A stretch of 64,000 bases of DNA from Polyangiaceae bacterium (GTDB taxonomy: Bacteria; Myxococcota_A; Polyangia; Polyangiales; Polyangiaceae). Shown piece after piece: positions 27,747 through 37,643 of this stretch (the stretch's first letter is position 1; each line of letters starts with the position of its first letter). The DNA lies in contig JBILLK010000019.1 in the NCBI GenBank assembly GCA_044376115.1, positions 1 through 64,000 on the forward strand, written 5' to 3'. The notes below the pieces were generated by a model. The model saw only the letters and a program-made list of their open reading frames with translations. It ran no database searches and was not told the origin of the DNA. The position numbers were made by a program, and so were the translations under genes.

Positions 27747-27893
27747 GTTCGGGTTCGGGCGCGCGAAGGGCGGGGGCGGCTTCCTTCCGAAGCCGCGTGA
27801 TCGAACTCGCATCGAGTGTCACTAGCTCGGTCGCGGTTCCTTGCCGCGCTCTGTGGGAAAAGTTCCCAGCCAACCTCGTAACAACCGCGCCCC

Positions 27894-28844
27894 ATGACAC
27901 CCAACGCCTATCTCCGAGTCGCTTCTTTCCTATCGTTCGCTCTTCTGACCTCAGCCGCTGGCTGCAAAAAGGATGCGCCATCCTCCGAGGGCGGTGCGTC
28001 CGACAAGTCGGAGGGCAGCTCCGATTCGAAGTCGAAGAAGTCCGACAAACCCGTGGCAAAAACGCCCGACGGCGTCACCCTCGAGTGGGGCAAGCCGACT
28101 GGCTCGGTCTCCAAGCTGACCTTCACCAAGCTCGAGGCCAAGGGTGAACTCAGCTGCTTTGGCGGCACCGGCTGTGCGGTGCGCCTCGAGAAGCTCCCGG
28201 AGGGCACCAAGGTCAAGCTCGGTGCGAAGGAGGAGGTGGCTAAAGCGAGTGCGCTGCGCGTCGAGTTCGAACTCGGTGACGCGCTGGGCAAGGCCACTCC
28301 GAAGGACGCCCTCAGCTACGATCGCACGATCGATCCCGGCCTCACCTTGGAGGTCACCTTTCCCGATGGCGCCAAGGTCAGCGGCGCGCTGCCCGGGGTA
28401 ACGGCGAAGTACATGGTCGAGCAGGACCTCGAGAAGAAGCTCGCCAACGGAACCCCGGTGCTGTTCGGTAAAGAGCCGGAGGCTGCGCCCGCTGCCCACA
28501 CCATCCTCTTTCTCGGCGCGCTGATGGAGGACGAGAAGGTGATGGGGCCGGCCAAGACCATGGCCGAGATCGACCTGGTCGCGGTCCATACGGCGCTACC
28601 GAAGAAGTCCGGTGACAAGAAGTGCACCGGCTACAAGGCGACCAACGAGCAGGGGCCGGGTAGGGAAGCCGACCTGATGCTGGTCGATTGGGACGTTTCG
28701 TTGATTGAACGCAAAACCGCCAAGGTGATCGAGAAGAAGACCTTCGAAGCGGAAAAACGTTGCCCCATGTTTGCCCAAGGCAACGAGACGACGAGCTATC
28801 CTGATCGGCGTGAGATCCAAACCTGGCTGCGTTCCAAGCGCTGA
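27894..28844 (+). CDS. hypothetical lipoprotein
   Basis: AAGC lipobox followed by KK, Ser/Lys-rich linker; strongly GC3-biased codons. Confidence 0.8.
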   Translation: MTPNAYLRVASFLSFALLTSAAGCKKDAPSSEGGASDKSEGSSDSKSKKSDKPVAKTPDGVTLEWGKPTGSVSKLTFTKLEAKGELSCFGGTGCAVRLEKLPEGTKVKLGAKEEVAKASALRVEFELGDALGKATPKDALSYDRTIDPGLTLEVTFPDGAKVSGALPGVTAKYMVEQDLEKKLANGTPVLFGKEPEAAPAAHTILFLGALMEDEKVMGPAKTMAEIDLVAVHTALPKKSGDKKCTGYKATNEQGPGREADLMLVDWDVSLIERKTAKVIEKKTFEAEKRCPMFAQGNETTSYPDRREIQTWLRSKR

Positions 28845-28868
28845 GCAGACCTTCTGTACGAGGGGCCG

Positions 28869-29765
28869 ATGAGCACCTCGCTTCAGTTCGTGCTCCTCGG
28901 CACGATCATGGTCGGGTTTGCGATCATGGAGTTCGCCAGCGGGCGCTACCAGAAGACGGTGCGTGCCAGCAAAGACGACACCGCCTTGGAGCTGTTGATG
29001 TTCATCAGCTTGGTGGCGGTGGCTCAGCCGGTGGCGATGCTGGTCACCAACGCGCTCTGTCAAAAGCTCATGCCCAATCAGCATCAGGCGCTGGCCTGGT
29101 TGCCCTGGTGGGCGATGGTCTTGTTGCTGCTGATTGGGGACGATCTAACGCAATATTGGTGGCACCGGCTGTCGCATACTTCACGGCTTTGGCCGTTGCA
29201 TCGGGCGCACCATTCAGCGCCGTACATGAGCATCCGGATAACCTATCGCAATAACCTATTTTACTACCTCATGATGCCCGGCTTGTGGATCGCCGGGCTC
29301 TTGACCTATCTCGGGTTGGGGCAGGTTTACCCGGCGTATCTGGTGGTGAAGCTCGCCGTGATCTTGGGGGCTCATTCGGCTTGGCGCTGGGATGAGGCGC
29401 TCTACAAGCGTGCCTGGCTACGCCCTCTCGTGTGGGTCCTCGAACGGCTGATCTCAACGCCGGCTACGCACTGGGCGCATCACGCACTCACGAACCAGGA
29501 CGGGATCGGCCACTACAAAGGGAACTTCGGCAACCTGCTCTTTTTCTGGGATGTGCTGTTCGGTACCGCGCACATCACGCGCAGATATCCAGCCGAGGTC
29601 GGGCTCCCGGATGACCGGCTGTTTGGCGCCGAGCGCTGGCACCATCAGATGTTCTACCCGCTGGTCTCCTCGAACCGCGAGCAGACAGCGCTGCGGCCCG
29701 GCGGAGTCGCTTACGAGGCTGAGCCAAGCCCAGCTACCGAAACGAGATCGACGCTCCAAGGCTGA
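28869..29765 (+). CDS. sterol desaturase / fatty acid hydroxylase family protein
   Basis: Histidine boxes YWWHRLSH, LHRAHHS, HWAHH and GNFGNLLFFWDVLFGT. Confidence 0.9.
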   Translation: MSTSLQFVLLGTIMVGFAIMEFASGRYQKTVRASKDDTALELLMFISLVAVAQPVAMLVTNALCQKLMPNQHQALAWLPWWAMVLLLLIGDDLTQYWWHRLSHTSRLWPLHRAHHSAPYMSIRITYRNNLFYYLMMPGLWIAGLLTYLGLGQVYPAYLVVKLAVILGAHSAWRWDEALYKRAWLRPLVWVLERLISTPATHWAHHALTNQDGIGHYKGNFGNLLFFWDVLFGTAHITRRYPAEVGLPDDRLFGAERWHHQMFYPLVSSNREQTALRPGGVAYEAEPSPATETRSTLQG

Positions 29766-30774
29766 AGCGAGAGGCGAGCGGAGGCGCTTCATACAGATAC
29801 TCGTTGGCGTCGCCGGCCAAGTAGATGTCTGTCGGTTGAAGGTTGCCCAAGAGCTCGCTCTGGAAGCGCAACGCAAGCGGCGCGCGCAACAGCAGCTCGA
29901 GGCCGAACCGTGGGCCGACGAACAGCGCGAGGTGCGTCCCGGCGTCGGCGACGGCCACAAACTCGGCGTCGACGATCGACGGCCCGAGCAACACCGTTGC
30001 GCAGCCGAACAGCGAGAGCCAAGCGTTGATGTCCGGCGCGTAACAGCCCGTCACACCGAGCAGCAACGTCTGCATGTTCGCCGCTGCAATCTCGGCGTAG
30101 GGCGGGCTCTCCGAGGTGACCGCCATCGGCACGACGTAACTGAGTCCGAGCGCGACCTCCCAAGGGTCCCCACGCAACCCGAGGCTCATCTCGGGCGCGA
30201 CCGAGACCGCGGGACCCAAACCACCACCGATCCCGACGCTGGCCGTGAACACGCCCTGCAGCTTGCGTTCGGGCTCGGCTGGCGGTGGTTGTGGCGCGGC
30301 TGGCACTGGCACCGGCCGGTCGATGTAGACCGGCACCACCACGGGCACGTAGACCGGCGGAACGGGCGGAGCAGGCGTCGGCGGCTGCTCTGGTTTGGCC
30401 GACGGATCGAGCGAGACCACCAGCGAGAGCACGACGCTCGAGATCACGTCCTCGCAGCGATCCCCGCGAAACTGCCGCGTCGCTGCCCCGTCTTTGAGGT
30501 TCGCCACGAACTTGTTTGAGCCGTCGCTCTCGAGGCCGAGTTCGACCGAGCGAACGGCTGGCCCAGCGCTCACGACCGGGTCGTAGCCGACTTGTTCAAC
30601 CAGCGTCTGCTTGACCTGCTCGAGCGATGGGCAGCTCTCGGTGCCGGGCGCGAGCTCGTAGCGAAAGGAGAAGCTTGGCCGATCCGCAGCGTGTACGGCC
30701 CGTGCAGGGCCGAGCAACGTTACGGCTACCCCGATCCAAATGGAGGCTTGCCTCATCCGCCTAAAACAGGACAT
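29734..30774 (-). CDS. secreted / outer-membrane beta-barrel-like protein of ECF module
   Basis: Signal peptide, CPS...C N-domain, Pro-rich linker, amphipathic beta strands ending SISFR; third gene of the ECF operon; alternative start 30756. Confidence 0.7.
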   Translation of the reverse strand: MSCFRRMRQASIWIGVAVTLLGPARAVHAADRPSFSFRYELAPGTESCPSLEQVKQTLVEQVGYDPVVSAGPAVRSVELGLESDGSNKFVANLKDGAATRQFRGDRCEDVISSVVLSLVVSLDPSAKPEQPPTPAPPVPPVYVPVVVPVYIDRPVPVPAAPQPPPAEPERKLQGVFTASVGIGGGLGPAVSVAPEMSLGLRGDPWEVALGLSYVVPMAVTSESPPYAEIAAANMQTLLLGVTGCYAPDINAWLSLFGCATVLLGPSIVDAEFVAVADAGTHLALFVGPRFGLELLLRAPLALRFQSELLGNLQPTDIYLAGDANEYLYEAPPLASRFSLGASISFR

Positions 30775-30779
30775 TTGCG

Positions 30780-31496
30780 CTACGGCAACGCGTTAGCACG
30801 CTTCTCGAGCGCGAGGCGATCGGCGGCGTGCTGGCCATTCGGAAACTCCCGCGCGTGCTTCGACAGGCTCTCCAACGCGGCAGCCTTATCCCCGCGCAAA
30901 ACCGCTGCGCGAGCCGTGTCGAGCAGCGAACGCTCGCGACGCAAGGGATCCGCCGAGGCGCTGGTAGCCAGGCGTGGAGCCGCGCTCGGCTTGGCGCTAG
31001 CCACCGCTGGCTCGGTCACCGGTTCGGCCGTTGGCGCAGCCGTGACGACCGGAGCCGCGCTCGCTGGGCCGACTACGACGACGCTGGCGGCTCTCGGTGG
31101 GGCCTCCACGACGATCACCGAGGTGGCCGTGCTGGGTTGAGGCCGTGCTGCCATCGAATGGAGGGCTGCGCCCGCTCCACCGCCAACGCCGAACGTCACC
31201 ACGCCTGCGAGCAACAACTTGCTGCTGAGCGCCCAAGCGCCGAGGCCTTTGGTCGCCGCCGCGCCTTGGCCCACGGCCGCTGCCAACGCTGTGTCTTTGC
31301 CAACGTCGGTTCCCACCACGACGACCGCAGCCGCAGCCGCGCTCGTTTTGGCAGGGACCACGGCAGCCTTGCTCGTCGAAGCGAGCAATCGCTCCGCGAG
31401 GCGCGCACGAAGCTCCGCAGGGACCTCCGGCACATCCTTCTCCGCCGACAAGAGTCGCAGGGCGTCCTCAGGTAGCTGTCTTAGGGATTCGCCCAT
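30780..31496 (-). CDS. putative anti-sigma factor (single TM, C-terminal TPR-like)
   Basis: Directly downstream of the ECF sigma; TM, Ala/Pro-rich linker, LRRERSLLDTARAA..HAREFPNG motif typical of myxobacterial ECF partners. Confidence 0.75.
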   Translation of the reverse strand: MGESLRQLPEDALRLLSAEKDVPEVPAELRARLAERLLASTSKAAVVPAKTSAAAAAVVVVGTDVGKDTALAAAVGQGAAATKGLGAWALSSKLLLAGVVTFGVGGGAGAALHSMAARPQPSTATSVIVVEAPPRAASVVVVGPASAAPVVTAAPTAEPVTEPAVASAKPSAAPRLATSASADPLRRERSLLDTARAAVLRGDKAAALESLSKHAREFPNGQHAADRLALEKRANALP

Positions 31497-32031
31497 GGTT
31501 CTCCTGCTTGCTTAGTCGGGTTACGGCGCTCGCGAACTCTTCGCGGGCTTTTGAGAGACGGGAGTGCGCCGTCCCCTCGGGAATCTCGAGAATGCGTGCC
31601 GCCTCGACGATCGGCACGCCATCAATCTCGTACAAGATGAAGACCGCTCGTCGCACCAGTGGAATGGCCTCCAGTGCTTTGACCACCAGCGCGCGATCGG
31701 CGGCGCGCAACAACTCTTCCTCGGCCAGCGGCCGCGGATCCTCGAGCTCGGTAGCCTCGAGCTCATTGGCGGGCTTGAGTTTGCGCCGGTAGTTGGAGGC
31801 CACGCGAAAGGCGAAGCCGAACAGCCACGGACGCACGGGACGCGTTTGGTCGAAGTTCTCGAGCTCACCGTGAACGGCGATGAAAACGTCGTGCGCCAGA
31901 TCTTCAACGTCGGCAGGGCTGACCCCAAGCCGGCGCAGGCTGCGTATGACGTACGCAAGCTCCAGCGTGAATAGGGTGGAAAAATCGAGGCTCGCCAAAG
32001 GGTCCTTGTCCGGGTTTGTGCCCGGGAGCAC
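31468..32031 (-). CDS. RNA polymerase ECF sigma factor
   Basis: Region 2 DVEDLAHDVF..PWLFGFAFRVA and region 4 RRAVFILYEIDG..IPEGTAHSRLSKAR. Confidence 0.92.
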   Translation of the reverse strand: MLPGTNPDKDPLASLDFSTLFTLELAYVIRSLRRLGVSPADVEDLAHDVFIAVHGELENFDQTRPVRPWLFGFAFRVASNYRRKLKPANELEATELEDPRPLAEEELLRAADRALVVKALEAIPLVRRAVFILYEIDGVPIVEAARILEIPEGTAHSRLSKAREEFASAVTRLSKQENHGRIPKTAT

Positions 32032-32229
32032 GAATCCTTCACGAAATCGTTCGGCGCTTCAATTGCGCGTCGACTGGCGATTCAACCGAAGGTTGATGCA
32101 GCGAACAGAATGACTCGTGCCTTCTCGGAGAAGGACGGCCGAAGGCCCCGTTGGACCATCGACTTTGGCACGAGTCATTTTCGGTGAAGGATGCTGCGTG
32201 CTCGGCACAAGCCATTGCAGGAGGTTCTT

Positions 32230-32823
32230 ATGCGAACGTACTTGACTTGCTTGCTTTCAGTGGTCGCCGGCGTGGGGCTCTTGAGCGGATGCGAACAAGA
32301 GTCGGAGATTGAGTCGATTGGGCTTTCGCTGCGGCTGGCTGAAGATGCAGCTCTCGATGGCAGCGCACAGCCAAACGAGATTGCGCAGCCCGAGGGGCCG
32401 AGCTTGAGCGTCGAGCCGGAGGGCAAGGTGCATTGGGTCGAGGTGGTGCAATGCACGGCTGACTACGGACCGTGTGTGCCGCAGGCGCTCGGGCCCTACC
32501 GCATGTTCGATGCTGGCATCGTGGTTTGGGAAGCCGCGATGGGTGAGAACTTCTCAGACCAGTTTGACGATTTCATGCGCGGCCCGGCCGAGATTGAGGG
32601 CCCGATCGTTTACGGGGAGCTACCTGAGCATGCGCGCTGGCAATCGGACGCGGCACCGCTCGAGGAAGGCGGTCTCTACGCCTTCAGCGTGTATCGAACG
32701 CAGGCTTGCGATACCGATGACGTCCACTGCTTGAACATCGCGGCGGCGGGCGGCCTCTTCTTCACGGTCGAAGCTGGGCAGATCAAAGAGGTGCCACCGG
32801 CGGTGGTCGAGGAGCTCGAATGA
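32230..32823 (+). CDS. hypothetical lipoprotein (tandem paralog 1)
   Basis: LSGC lipobox, GGAGG RBS; shares GPIVYG.LP and A.PL.EGG.Y motifs with the next gene. Confidence 0.75.
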   Translation: MRTYLTCLLSVVAGVGLLSGCEQESEIESIGLSLRLAEDAALDGSAQPNEIAQPEGPSLSVEPEGKVHWVEVVQCTADYGPCVPQALGPYRMFDAGIVVWEAAMGENFSDQFDDFMRGPAEIEGPIVYGELPEHARWQSDAAPLEEGGLYAFSVYRTQACDTDDVHCLNIAAAGGLFFTVEAGQIKEVPPAVVEELE

Positions 32824-32839
32824 AGGGTAGATTGCGCGA

Positions 32840-33391
32840 ATGGCGGTAAAGCACGATCTCGCTGGGCTGCTCGCGGTTGGCATTGGCTTGCTGCCGGCGT
32901 GCGCCCAGGACGCCTTCGAGGACAGCGACCCGGAGCAGATCTGGGTCGGCGTTACGATCGAGCAGCAAGGGGCGGGGTTCGAGCTTCAGATCGACACCGA
33001 CGTCCCGGTGCATGGGCTCGAGGTGTCGGAGTGTGAGGTTGTGGACGGGGATTGCACGCCGTACATCAGCTCGCAGTACCGCTACTTTGACTCGTCGACC
33101 TTGATTTGGGAGACGTCGATGGCTAGCGAAGAAGGCAGCTTTGGGCCGGCCATGACCGGAGAGCCGAAGATTGCTGGGCCCATTGTCTACGGCCAGCTGC
33201 CGGACAACGCTGGCTTTCAGAGTCAGGCCGTTCCGCTCAAAGAAGGGGGCCGTTACGTCGTCAACGTTTACCGAACCGCCGCGTGCTCAGACAGTACGTT
33301 CGACTGTCTCAGCACGGAGGCGGCCGGTGGCTTGTTCTTCGAGATCGTTGACGGCGAGCTGAACGAACTCGAGGCGGAAGTGGTCGAGTGA
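32840..33391 (+). CDS. hypothetical lipoprotein (tandem paralog 2)
   Basis: LPAC lipobox; paralog of 32230-32823 (VYRT.AC....CL...AAGGLFF). Confidence 0.75.
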   Translation: MAVKHDLAGLLAVGIGLLPACAQDAFEDSDPEQIWVGVTIEQQGAGFELQIDTDVPVHGLEVSECEVVDGDCTPYISSQYRYFDSSTLIWETSMASEEGSFGPAMTGEPKIAGPIVYGQLPDNAGFQSQAVPLKEGGRYVVNVYRTAACSDSTFDCLSTEAAGGLFFEIVDGELNELEAEVVE

Positions 33392-33415
33392 GCCTACGCA
33401 AGCCCTAGGGCCGCT

Positions 33416-34459
33416 TCACGGGCTTCGCGAGAAGTAGCAAGCACCCTCGGTGTTGAGAAAGGTCGCCTCGAGTGGATCGCGTGGTGTGGCGCTGGCGGAC
33501 CAGAGCGACGTGGCGGGATCCAGTGGGTCTGCCACGATGAGAAGCTTCAAGACATCGCCCTCTTGCACTCCCAGGTACAGCCACCTGCTATCGATTAAAA
33601 AGACCTGCACGAACCAGAACCAGCCGTTCTGTTCGTCGAGACGAAGCGTGTCTCCAAGCAAGATGGGAGCGTCGTCGCTGGGCCAGTAGGTGATTCCTTC
33701 GTTGACGAAACTGAGCAGCTTCGGCGCGCCGCCTGCGCCCGCCCCGATCTCCATCTCGTTTTGGCCGACGAAGGGAAGTGGCAGGGGGTAGATCACGTCG
33801 CGTCCCACGAAGCACTCACCCTGCCACTTGCCCTCGAGCGTTCCGGTGGCTGGCGCCGGAGTCGGCGCTACCCGCTGCGCTTCGAGGGAGCTGAACGGAG
33901 GCTCGAAAGGTACATCCCCAGGGATCGGTGCCGAGCCCGGGATCACCTCCGCGGCACCCAGAATCAAGGAGCCCGCATCGATGGATCCACTCGCCCGATA
34001 GACGAGGCGCTTGCCCGCGCCGTCGGGATAGCAGAGGCCCACGGGCTCGCCGGCGCCACAGAAGCGCTCCGTGAGGCGCACCGTCAGCGCGCCTTCGGGG
34101 TCGATCTCGCCCTCGAAGTAGTAGGTTGGAGAGTCGAGGGTGCCGAGCTCGGTTTGCTCAAGATCGATGAAGCCGCGGACCGTTCCTTCGTGTTCGTACA
34201 CCACCGCGCGAACGGGCGAGACGCCGGTCTTGAGGAACTGCGTGCCCTCGACCGACGCGGAACCCACCCAGGTTCCGGTGACGAATGAGGGCTGCGTGCC
34301 ACCGCTGCCTGTGCTGCCAGAGGACGTCGTCGTGCTGGTGGAGCCCGAACCCCCACCACCGACCCCCGGGTCGCTATCCCCGCAGCTTGCGCATGCAACG
34401 GTCGCAACGAACGCGATACAAAATCCCAACGAAAAGGTGCCCTGAGTAGAAGCGGTCAT
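33416..34459 (-). CDS. hypothetical lipoprotein
   Basis: Signal peptide with CASC, Gly/Ser/Thr linker, two beta-rich repeats (GTWVG / GKWQG). Confidence 0.7.
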   Translation of the reverse strand: MTASTQGTFSLGFCIAFVATVACASCGDSDPGVGGGGSGSTSTTTSSGSTGSGGTQPSFVTGTWVGSASVEGTQFLKTGVSPVRAVVYEHEGTVRGFIDLEQTELGTLDSPTYYFEGEIDPEGALTVRLTERFCGAGEPVGLCYPDGAGKRLVYRASGSIDAGSLILGAAEVIPGSAPIPGDVPFEPPFSSLEAQRVAPTPAPATGTLEGKWQGECFVGRDVIYPLPLPFVGQNEMEIGAGAGGAPKLLSFVNEGITYWPSDDAPILLGDTLRLDEQNGWFWFVQVFLIDSRWLYLGVQEGDVLKLLIVADPLDPATSLWSASATPRDPLEATFLNTEGACYFSRSP

Positions 34460-34568
34460 GCGTCGAAGCTAGTCCCGCGTTCTGTTACCGCAAGAAGAGT
34501 ATCTTTCGTATTCGTACAATCTACCTGGCAGATGTCGACCTCCGTGGATCGTTTCTGCTAGATATCCC

Positions 34569-35582
34569 GTGGTGGAAATCGAGCTACTCGCGAGTCAGTT
34601 GCTTCGATCTTTGCGCGGCAAGCGCTCGCAGCTCGCCTTCAGCCGTCGGCTCGGCCACCGGAGCAACGTCGCTTACGCCTGGGAGTCGGGGCGGCGCTTT
34701 CCCTTGGCCTCCGAGGTCGTGCTCGCGGCGGCGCTTGGAGGGGCCGACTTGAAGCGGATCCTATCGGTCCCGTTGTCGTCGACTCCCGCATGGATCCGGC
34801 GCGCAGATGCGAAGCGCCCGGACTGGGTGTCCGCGTTCCTATGCGCCCTCCGCGGCACGATGACCGTTCGCGCGTGGGCGAGCGACTCAGGGTGCAATCG
34901 CGTGTCGCTCGCACGCTGGATGAGCGGCAAAGCGGAGCCGCGCCTCCCGGACTTCTTGCGTCTGGTGTACGCCGCGGCGCCACGCAAGTTCTTCGATTGG
35001 CTCGCGACGTTCGTCGATGTTGCTCGGCTGCCCGCTGTGGCAGGTGAACTCCGCCGCCTCGACGCGCTTCGCCGGATCGCTCACGAGGCTCCGCTCAGCG
35101 AGGCGATCTTACGATTCCTCGAGCTTACCTCCCCGACCGAAGCACCTGCGAGAAGCCAGCCAGGCTTCATCGCAGATCAGCTCGGAATCTCGCTCGCGCA
35201 GGAAACGCAAGTGCTCGAAGCCTTGCGCCGCGCCGGCGTGATTCACCGCCGACGCGGACGCTGGCATATCGATCGCGAGCACGCCGTCGACACGAGCACG
35301 ATTCCGCGCGCCACGCTGCTTGGCCTCAAGTCATTCTGGCTCAGTCTCGCGGCGGGTCGTTGCGCACAAGGCACGCCCGGCGTCTTCTCGTACACTGTCT
35401 TTTCGGTATCGAGAGCTGACCTCGCTCGCCTCGAGCGCATGCAGGTCGAGCATTACGAGGCCATGCGCAGGGTCATTCGAGCATCATCCCCCTGCGAAGC
35501 CGTTGGTTTTGCAGGCGTTCAGCTCTTCTCGCTCAGCCGTTCGGAAGACGGCGTTTCACTTCCTCCGACGACGAGCGAATAG
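34569..35582 (+). CDS. HTH (Xre-like) regulator with DUF4423-like C-terminus
   Basis: LRGKRSQLAFSRRLG..NVAYAWESGRRFP HTH, second HTH (LARWMSGKAEPRLPDFL), C-terminal FSYTVFSVS. Confidence 0.75.
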   Translation: MVEIELLASQLLRSLRGKRSQLAFSRRLGHRSNVAYAWESGRRFPLASEVVLAAALGGADLKRILSVPLSSTPAWIRRADAKRPDWVSAFLCALRGTMTVRAWASDSGCNRVSLARWMSGKAEPRLPDFLRLVYAAAPRKFFDWLATFVDVARLPAVAGELRRLDALRRIAHEAPLSEAILRFLELTSPTEAPARSQPGFIADQLGISLAQETQVLEALRRAGVIHRRRGRWHIDREHAVDTSTIPRATLLGLKSFWLSLAAGRCAQGTPGVFSYTVFSVSRADLARLERMQVEHYEAMRRVIRASSPCEAVGFAGVQLFSLSRSEDGVSLPPTTSE

Positions 35583-35642
35583 GTCATCCGTTCGGCTGCA
35601 GAGCGATCCACGATCACGGAAGAGAAGAAGAGTGCGGGCTCG

Positions 35643-36128
35643 TTACTTCTTTGCCTCGAGCACCGTCCACACCTTGCCGAGCGCCTCGCAAGACTCCTTG
35701 GGCTCGCCGACGGGGGGCTTGTACGAGTAGTCGCTCACGTAGTTCGCGCCCGGCTCTTTCGGGTCGCACTTGCCCATGACGGTCTCGCTGGTGCACGGGG
35801 TTGCGGCGGCGGCGAACGTGCCCCCTTCCTTTTTGCATTCCTCCTCGGCCTTGGCCGGAACTTCACCGTGGTACTCGCTGCAGCTAAGGATGCGCGCGCC
35901 CATCTTGGTGGTGCAGGTCGCGACGACGGCGGCATTGCCTGCGGGGGCTGCGGCGCTCGCGGAAGGAGCGGCGGTGGTGGCGGCGGGAGCCGCTGAGGGC
36001 TTGGCCGAGGTGGCGGGTTTGGCGCTGCCGCTGGCGGCCGACTTGGCGCTACCGCTGCTCGCGGTGGAACCCGCATCAGCGGAGCAAGCAGCGAGCAAGA
36101 GCGCAAGAGACGTGAGGTACATTCGCAT
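35643..36128 (-). CDS. Cys-containing lipoprotein
   Basis: MRMYLTSLALLLAAC lipobox, Ala/Ser linker, six-Cys C-terminal domain; ORF trimmed to ATG 36128. Confidence 0.8.
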   Translation of the reverse strand: MRMYLTSLALLLAACSADAGSTASSGSAKSAASGSAKPATSAKPSAAPAATTAAPSASAAAPAGNAAVVATCTTKMGARILSCSEYHGEVPAKAEEECKKEGGTFAAAATPCTSETVMGKCDPKEPGANYVSDYSYKPPVGEPKESCEALGKVWTVLEAKK

Positions 36129-36199
36129 GGCGCCGCTGGTACCACGCCGCCGGAAGCACCACAAACCGTTCCGTGCGTCCGTTCGCACGCTGGCTGGCG

Positions 36200-37609
36200 C
36201 TAGAGCTCGGTTGAACTCTCGGCTTCGTCGGCGGTTGCCGCGGCTCCCTTCGTCTCCGCCTCGCTGAGCAGCAGCCGACCAAGCCCGATCCCGGCCACAC
36301 CTGCGATCACGCTGGCGGCGAGCACGCCGAGCTTTGCCGCGGCGAGCAGCGCAGGATCGCTGAAGGCGAGCTGCGCGATGAACAGCGCCATGGTGAAGCC
36401 CACGCCGGCGACGACTCCGAGTACGACCAAGTGCCGCTGACTGAGCCCTGCCGGAAGCGTCCCTACGCCCAGGCGCAAGGTGAGCCAGCTGGCCGTGAAT
36501 ACGCCCACCGCTTTGCCGACGATCAGCCCCACCATCACAGCCGCGAACACGGTCCACGCGGCGTCCCCTTGCATGCCGCCGCTAACACTCACGCCAGCGT
36601 TGGCCAAGGCGAAGATCGGCATGATGCAGTAGGCCACCCATGGGTGCAGCGCCTCGATCAGGCTCTCGGCCGGGGCCATCGCGCCACGGCGCGCGAGGTC
36701 CACTTGTTTGAGCGTGCCGGCGAGCTCATGCGAACTCAGTGAAGCCGGCCCCAGCGTCGCGAGATGGGCCAGCTCGCGCTGGGCGCTCTCGAGGAAACCG
36801 TCGGGCCCGAGCGGCGCCCGCACCGGGGTCATCAGGCCAATCAATACGCCGGCGATGGTTGGGTGAATCCCAGCCGAGTAGACGCCGGCCCAGGCGACTA
36901 GCGCCGGCGCGATGTAGAGCGCGCGTGAGCGGATGCCGAAGCGTTGCATCACGAAGATCCCTGCGAAGCCTGCGGCCGCTACCAGCAGCCCGCTGGGTTC
37001 GACCCCGGCGCTATAGAAGAGGGCGATCACCACGATCGCGCCCAGGTCGTCAATCACGGCCAGCGCCAGGAGCAACACCCGTAAGGCCGGTGGTACGCGC
37101 TTGCCCAAGAGCGCGAGGATGCCCACCGCGAAGGCGATGTCGGTGGCCATCGGCACACCCCAGCCGCTGCGAGTTTGCGGCGCCCCAGCGATCGCCGTGT
37201 ACAGCGCCGCAGGGACCAACATTCCGCCCAGCGCGGCCGCAGCCGGGAGCGCCGCCCTTCGCCACTCCGAGAGCTCGCCGTGATGAACCTCGCGGCGGAT
37301 CTCCATGCCCACCACGAAGAAGAAGATCACCATCAGCCCGTCGTTGACCACCCACTCGAGCGGACGTTCGAAGCTGAAGTTGCCAACGCGAAGGCCGAGC
37401 GGCGTATGCCAGAGTTGCAGGTAGCTTTCGCGCCACGGTGAGTTGGCCCATATCAACGCCACGGCGGCGGCGACCAACAGCACGATGCCGCTCGCGGCCT
37501 GAATGGCCAAGAAGCGCTCGAGCGGCCTTGCGGCAAAGCGCGCCAGGCGCAATAGCGGCTCCCAGGCCTCGGGCGTGGGCGGCAGCTTGATCGGGGTATC
37601 TTTGGACAA
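36200..37609 (-). CDS. nhaA: Na+(Li+)/H+ antiporter NhaA
   Basis: WVNDGLMVIFFFVVGMEIRRE, GWGVPMATDIAFA, LAVIDDLGAI, PIFALANAGV, GVGFTMALFI; probable TTG start at 37609 with GGAG SD. Confidence 0.95.
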   Translation of the reverse strand: MSKDTPIKLPPTPEAWEPLLRLARFAARPLERFLAIQAASGIVLLVAAAVALIWANSPWRESYLQLWHTPLGLRVGNFSFERPLEWVVNDGLMVIFFFVVGMEIRREVHHGELSEWRRAALPAAAALGGMLVPAALYTAIAGAPQTRSGWGVPMATDIAFAVGILALLGKRVPPALRVLLLALAVIDDLGAIVVIALFYSAGVEPSGLLVAAAGFAGIFVMQRFGIRSRALYIAPALVAWAGVYSAGIHPTIAGVLIGLMTPVRAPLGPDGFLESAQRELAHLATLGPASLSSHELAGTLKQVDLARRGAMAPAESLIEALHPWVAYCIMPIFALANAGVSVSGGMQGDAAWTVFAAVMVGLIVGKAVGVFTASWLTLRLGVGTLPAGLSQRHLVVLGVVAGVGFTMALFIAQLAFSDPALLAAAKLGVLAASVIAGVAGIGLGRLLLSEAETKGAAATADEAESSTEL

Positions 37610-37643
37610 GGCTGGCTCCGCCGGAGTTGAGCTCCAGCACCGA

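Noticed and set aside
32166..32219. Possible sigma54 promoters (TGGCACG at 32166; CGGCACA..TTGCA at 32203)
   Set aside because: The first lacks the -12 GC and the second has GG-N11-GC spacing rather than the strict GG-N10-GC.
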